From contig JBBSUW010000001.1 of the NCBI GenBank assembly GCA_038234025.1, forward strand, positions 7,126-71,125: 64,000 nucleotides of DNA, in the 5' to 3' direction. Both the position numbers and the translations under genes were made by a program. Below the pieces are notes generated by a model. It saw nothing but the letters and a program-made list of their open reading frames with translations. It searched no databases and had not been told where the DNA came from. Every line of letters begins with the position of its first letter. The first letter of the stretch is position 1. Positions 59,344 through 64,000 of the stretch are shown in pieces. This DNA is from Flavobacteriales bacterium. Lineage in GTDB: Bacteria > Bacteroidota > Bacteroidia > Flavobacteriales > Flavobacteriaceae.

Positions 59344-60651
59344 ATGGACAATATTGTAGCAATCGTAGGCAGGCCAAATGTGGGAAAATCCACGTTATTC
59401 AACCGTTTGGTACAGCGTCGCGAGGCCATCGTAGATTCGACTTCGGGCGTGACGCGCGATCGGAATTATGGCAAGAGCGAATGGAACGGCCAGACATTTT
59501 CTGTGATCGATACTGGCGGATATATTCGAGGATCCGATGATGTATTTGAGGCAGAGATTCGTAAACAGGTGGAACTTGCCATTGATGAGGCCGATGTGAT
59601 AATCTTTGTAGTGGACGTTGAGGAAGGCATAACACCAATGGACGATGCGGTCGCCAAACTTTTGCGAAAGGAGACGAAACCTGTCATCCTGGCCGTCAAC
59701 AAGGTGGACAACGGCAAGCGCGAAAAAGATGCTGTGGAATTCTACAATCTTGGATTGGGCGAATTCTACACATTCGCAAGTATTTCGGGAAGCGGTACAG
59801 GCGATCTACTCGATGCCTTGATCAAGGCTTTTCCGGAAAAGGAAGTGGAAGAGGAGGAAAAGACATTGCCGCGCTTTGCGGTGGTCGGAAGACCAAACGC
59901 GGGCAAATCAAGCTTTATAAACGCGCTCATTGGTCGCGAAAGATATATAGTAACCGACATTGCCGGAACTACGCGCGACTCGATCGACACCAAATTCGAC
60001 CGTTTTGGGTTTGAGTTCAACCTTGTTGACACCGCGGGCATTCGCCGAAAGGCAAAAGTGAAGGAAGATCTTGAATTTTATTCGGTGATGCGAAGCGTTC
60101 GCGCGATCGAGCATTCGGATGTTATTATTTTGATCATCGATGCCACTCGAGGATTTGAAGGACAGGACCAAAGTATTTTTTGGCTTGCCGAAAAGAACAG
60201 AAAGGGCGTGATCATCCTTGTGAACAAATGGGATCTTGTCGAAAAAGAAACGATGTCGACCAGAGACTATGAAGAAAAGATCCGCGAGGATCTCGAACCA
60301 TTTACCAACGTGCCGATACTGTTTATTTCCGCATTGACCAAACAGCGTTTGCTGAAAGCTTTGGAAATGACGGTTCAGGTTTATGAAAATCGCAGCCAGC
60401 GCATTCCGACGTCAAAGTTCAACGACTATATGCTGAAAGTTATCGAGGGAAATCCGCCGCCGGCATTGAAGGGAAAATTTGTAAAGATTAAATATTGCAC
60501 GCAACTGCCAACGCCAACCCCGCAGTTCGTTTTCTTTGCAAACCTTCCGCAATACGTCAAGGAATCCTACAAGCGGTTTCTCGAAAATAAAATCCGGGAG
60601 AAATGGGATTTTGAAGGCGTCCCAATTGATATTTATATCCGCGAAAAGTAG
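59344..60651 (+). CDS. der: Ribosome biogenesis GTPase Der
   Basis: Two GTPase domains ([32 protein letters not shown]); TACCTTTG -7 element at 59322. Confidence 0.98.
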   Translation: MDNIVAIVGRPNVGKSTLFNRLVQRREAIVDSTSGVTRDRNYGKSEWNGQTFSVIDTGGYIRGSDDVFEAEIRKQVELAIDEADVIIFVVDVEEGITPMDDAVAKLLRKETKPVILAVNKVDNGKREKDAVEFYNLGLGEFYTFASISGSGTGDLLDALIKAFPEKEVEEEEKTLPRFAVVGRPNAGKSSFINALIGRERYIVTDIAGTTRDSIDTKFDRFGFEFNLVDTAGIRRKAKVKEDLEFYSVMRSVRAIEHSDVIILIIDATRGFEGQDQSIFWLAEKNRKGVIILVNKWDLVEKETMSTRDYEEKIREDLEPFTNVPILFISALTKQRLLKALEMTVQVYENRSQRIPTSKFNDYMLKVIEGNPPPALKGKFVKIKYCTQLPTPTPQFVFFANLPQYVKESYKRFLENKIREKWDFEGVPIDIYIREK

Positions 60652-60876
60652 AGGCGAGATATTTTCAAGATTAGCTGAATCTTGTAGGAAATACTTTATA
60701 TTCAGTAATATAGGTCTTTTTTAATTATTCTTTTTCTGCATCTCAACTGGATTTTCGTGCAGGTCAACGAGTATATTACATAATTTCGTTAGTTAGAAAA
60801 CATCCATTATAAATTTGCCGTATAAATAATCAGCATCGCTTAATGTTGCCGTGCTTTTTATGTAAATTTAATTGAG

Positions 60877-63800
60877 ATGAAGACTTCAAGACTTTTATCG
60901 GCTATTGCAATTGTTGTGTTTTGCACAAATTTGTTTTCGCAGAGCATTTCTGGTACGGCCGTGGATGCTTCGGGCGGCCCATTGGACGTTGCTTTTACGG
61001 CGACCAATGGCAACGGAACGGGCAATCATTACAATGCGTCGTCCAATCTCTCCTTTTATTTGAGCAATGCAGGTGGAACCAATTATGTGCCCGTTCACAG
61101 TTTTACATCGCCAACATATCCGCCTTCATCCAATGGCGCGTCATCAACTATAAACCGCTCCTTCATCGTGCCGTCGGGAACGCCCTCGGGAAGTGGTTAC
61201 AAGCTTTACGCAGTCTCGGCTAATCCCACCGCGACAGGAGCGCCATCGCCGGTCTTCACATTGTTCTGCGACTTCTCAATGCCCACAAATCTTAGTGGAT
61301 TCATAAAATCTTCGTCTCCGGCCGTTACTTTTTATTTGATAACAATAACGAACACCGGCAATCTTCCCGATATTTATACTCTTACCAAAACGCAAACACC
61401 TACGTTACTTCAATCTCAGTTCTATGATCTTAGCGGGATTCCAATCTCTTCCACGCCAATCGTGAATCCCGACGACTCGTATACCTTTATGATTCGTTTT
61501 GATACGCCAAATGGAACACAGCCCAACAATACCAACACCACCAATGTTATTGCCACATCGACCAATTGTCCCGGCACCAGCCACACCACGGTGATTTCAA
61601 CTTATATCTATGGTGGCAATGGAAATGGAAACATTCCGAACGCGGCCGATATGCAGATCGTAAAAACAGCATCGCCGACCAATACGCTTGTGGGCAACGT
61701 GATAACATATAATATTACGATAAAGAATATTTCTCCGCAGACAGCAGCAAACCCCGTGATAAAGGATTTTCTTCCCGCAAACGCAGATCTGATTTCCTAT
61801 AATAAGGCAGCGGGCGAAACCAGAAATGTTATTTTTACGCTGAACACTGCAGCCAATACGCTCACGGCGCTTCTTCAGGGCAATATGACGAGTGCCAGCG
61901 CACCATTGACAATCCAAGTGAAAGTGCGAACCAATTGCTTTTCCTTTCCGACGGTGATCAATCGTGCTGAGGTTTACACAGCTTCCGGCGATAATAATCC
62001 CGGCAACGATGTGGCGACCGTAAATTCGAACGTGGCGTACAACTTCGGCGCTGCCAATATAGGTTTATGGACCGGCGCGACCAGCAACGATTGGTTTGAT
62101 TGCAGGAACTGGACGGGCGGAGTCATCCCGAGCAACAGTATAAATGTTGATCTAAAATCCTCGAACGTTGTCATTAATCCGTTGTCGCCCTACGCGCCGG
62201 CCGATAAAATAGCGCGATGCAACAACCTTGTTATTGATACGGCACTGAACCTAAGCATCATAAATTCCGGAAACTTGCGCGTTGCGGGCAACTTTTCAAA
62301 CAACGGTAATTTCAGTTGCGGAACTTCGACTGTAAGTTTTGTCGGTGCTGTTTCGGGCGTTGGCCAAAATATTTATGACACCTCTAATTCGACCACGTTT
62401 CATGATCTTTCGGTCAATTCCACCAACGGTTCATTGGGCGTAATCGTTCCCGACGGTTTTGGTCTTTATGTGAACAACAATGTCACCCTTACCGCAGGCA
62501 ACCTTCGATTGATGGGAAGCGCGCAGCTTATCCAGTCCAAATCGGGAGTTTCGGGCAACGGCGGCGGAACGGGATTGCTATTGCGCGATCAACAAGGCCA
62601 AAGCAATATGTTCAGCTACAATTATTGGTCGTCACCGGTTTCCAACAACGGCTCATATACAGTATCATCAGTATTGCGCGATGGAACAAATCCGCTTAAT
62701 CCCCAGGTCATAAACTGGACTAGCGGCAACAACGCCATTCCTGGAAATCCGATGACGCTGTCCTCGGTGTGGATCTATAAATACCAGAACCAAACAAATG
62801 CTTACGCAAATTGGTCCTATCTTGGACAGAATGCAACGCTCACGCCTGGACAAGGATTTACTTTAAAAGGGAGCGGTGCAAGCACATCGACGCAAAATTA
62901 TACATTTGCTGGAAAGCCGAACAGCGGCGATATCTACAGCAACATTTCCGCCAACAATTTAAACCTTGGCGGAAACCCGTATCCATCGGCACTTGATGCT
63001 AATGCGTTCATCGTCGACAATCAGTCCGCGATAAACGGTGTACTTAAATTCTGGCAACAATACGATACGAACGCGAGCCACTTTTTGGCGAGCTACGAAG
63101 GCGGTTATGCAAGCTACACATTGACTGGAGGAACGCCACCTGTTTCTCCGCCTACAGTCAGCACAATGGGTTCTAGCACAAGAATTCCCGGTCGATTCAT
63201 CCCGGTTGGTCAAGGCTTTATGGTCACTGGAAATGCGACGGGCGGCCAGATCATATTCAAGAATTCGCAACGTTCGTTCGTTAAAGAGACAAATGCGAAC
63301 AGCAATGAAATGTTCCGGACCACAAATGATGCAACAACATCATTTTACAAAAAAATGCGCTTGGACTGCACGAACTCCATAGGCAATGTGCGACAACTGC
63401 TGTTGGGCTTTATGGGTTCAGAAGCTTCTAATGGTTTTGATTATGGCTATGACGCGCCGCTTGCCGAAGCACCAGAGGGCAATTTCTATTTTGTAGCAGA
63501 TTATGGCAAGCTCATTATAAACGGGCTAGGCGAGTTTGACTCTGCTCAAATTGTTCCAGTGGGCGTAAATGTCCAAACTGGTGGAATTGTGAAGTTCAGC
63601 CTTTCGCAATTGGAAAACTTTGATGAATCAAGCGAAGTTTACTTGTACGACAACTTGTCGGGAATTTTGTACGATCTTAAGAATGAAATTGCGCAGATTG
63701 ATTTGGCACCTGGAATATATGACGATCGATTTGCTGTGAGATTCACAAATGAATCTCTCAAGGTCAAGTCTTTTTCGCAATTAGAACCGATCATTTACTA

Positions 63801-64000
63801 TAAAAATTCGCAGATCAACATCAGCACTTCAACAATTGACGAAAATTTCACGATGCTTGAAATCTATAATTTGATAGGACAAAAGGTCAAGGTTTTTTCT
63901 GATTTTCCGGTGGGCCAAAATGTATTTGCAATCGACGCTGCGGAACTTTCCAGTGGAAATTATCTTGTAAAATTATCATCTGGAAAAAACACTTTTGTGA
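60877..64000 (+). CDS. Large T9SS type A cargo protein with DUF11-like Ig domain, last residues beyond window
   Basis: Not in the ORF track. ATG 60877 starts MKTSRLLSAIAIVVFCTNLFSQ. Contains ADMQIVKTASP...VITYNITIKN (DUF11-like), WTGATSNDWFDCRNW, YNYWSSPV, GNPYPSALD and the sorting domain IYNLIGQKV...LSSGNYLVKL at the window end. Confidence 0.88.
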   Translation, partial: MKTSRLLSAIAIVVFCTNLFSQSISGTAVDASGGPLDVAFTATNGNGTGNHYNASSNLSFYLSNAGGTNYVPVHSFTSPTYPPSSNGASSTINRSFIVPSGTPSGSGYKLYAVSANPTATGAPSPVFTLFCDFSMPTNLSGFIKSSSPAVTFYLITITNTGNLPDIYTLTKTQTPTLLQSQFYDLSGIPISSTPIVNPDDSYTFMIRFDTPNGTQPNNTNTTNVIATSTNCPGTSHTTVISTYIYGGNGNGNIPNAADMQIVKTASPTNTLVGNVITYNITIKNISPQTAANPVIKDFLPANADLISYNKAAGETRNVIFTLNTAANTLTALLQGNMTSASAPLTIQVKVRTNCFSFPTVINRAEVYTASGDNNPGNDVATVNSNVAYNFGAANIGLWTGATSNDWFDCRNWTGGVIPSNSINVDLKSSNVVINPLSPYAPADKIARCNNLVIDTALNLSIINSGNLRVAGNFSNNGNFSCGTSTVSFVGAVSGVGQNIYDTSNSTTFHDLSVNSTNGSLGVIVPDGFGLYVNNNVTLTAGNLRLMGSAQLIQSKSGVSGNGGGTGLLLRDQQGQSNMFSYNYWSSPVSNNGSYTVSSVLRDGTNPLNPQVINWTSGNNAIPGNPMTLSSVWIYKYQNQTNAYANWSYLGQNATLTPGQGFTLKGSGASTSTQNYTFAGKPNSGDIYSNISANNLNLGGNPYPSALDANAFIVDNQSAINGVLKFWQQYDTNASHFLASYEGGYASYTLTGGTPPVSPPTVSTMGSSTRIPGRFIPVGQGFMVTGNATGGQIIFKNSQRSFVKETNANSNEMFRTTNDATTSFYKKMRLDCTNSIGNVRQLLLGFMGSEASNGFDYGYDAPLAEAPEGNFYFVADYGKLIINGLGEFDSAQIVPVGVNVQTGGIVKFSLSQLENFDESSEVYLYDNLSGILYDLKNEIAQIDLAPGIYDDRFAVRFTNESLKVKSFSQLEPIIYYKNSQINISTSTIDENFTMLEIYNLIGQKVKVFSDFPVGQNVFAIDAAELSSGNYLVKLSSGKNTFV

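Noticed and set aside
1-64000. CRISPR array, tRNA/rRNA genes, IS or prophage genes
   Set aside because: No regularly spaced 25-45 nt repeats, tRNA arms, rRNA-like tracts, or transposase, integrase or phage motifs were seen by eye; a tRNAscan/Infernal run would be needed to exclude small RNAs.

Overview
64 kb of a Bacteroidota (Flavobacterium-like) chromosome. The assignment rests on T9SS C-terminal sorting domains, the TAnnTTTG promoter element upstream of many genes and typical Flavobacteriaceae gene products. Most of the window is housekeeping: aspS, leuS, ftsX, uppP, truB, pyrH, frr, asnS, rpoN, pckA, hemD, pyrC, tyrS, trmB and der. Two long ORFs are missing from the ORF track because they run off the edges: a divergent cbb3-type (CcoN-like) oxidase subunit at 1-1200 (-) and a >1040-aa T9SS cargo protein at 60877-64000 (+). 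The most notable signals are five. (1) An Rrf2 regulator with two copies of a palindromic candidate operator, one before itself and one before the atypical CcoN. (2) An AT-rich, enlarged 139-aa segment in the leucine-specific domain of LeuS. (3) A PhoBR-like system facing a TonB receptor/lipoprotein/T9SS cluster whose promoters carry phased 11-bp repeat arrays. (4) A decaying ~10 kb envelope/lipid A modification island (three PAP2 genes, EptA, a two-component system, a shared candidate operator and several pseudogenes including an AAA ATPase remnant). (5) Two degenerate Flavobacteriaceae-type intergenic repeats. No tRNA, rRNA, CRISPR array, transposase or integrase was recognised. All family assignments come from motif recognition by eye, not from database searches.
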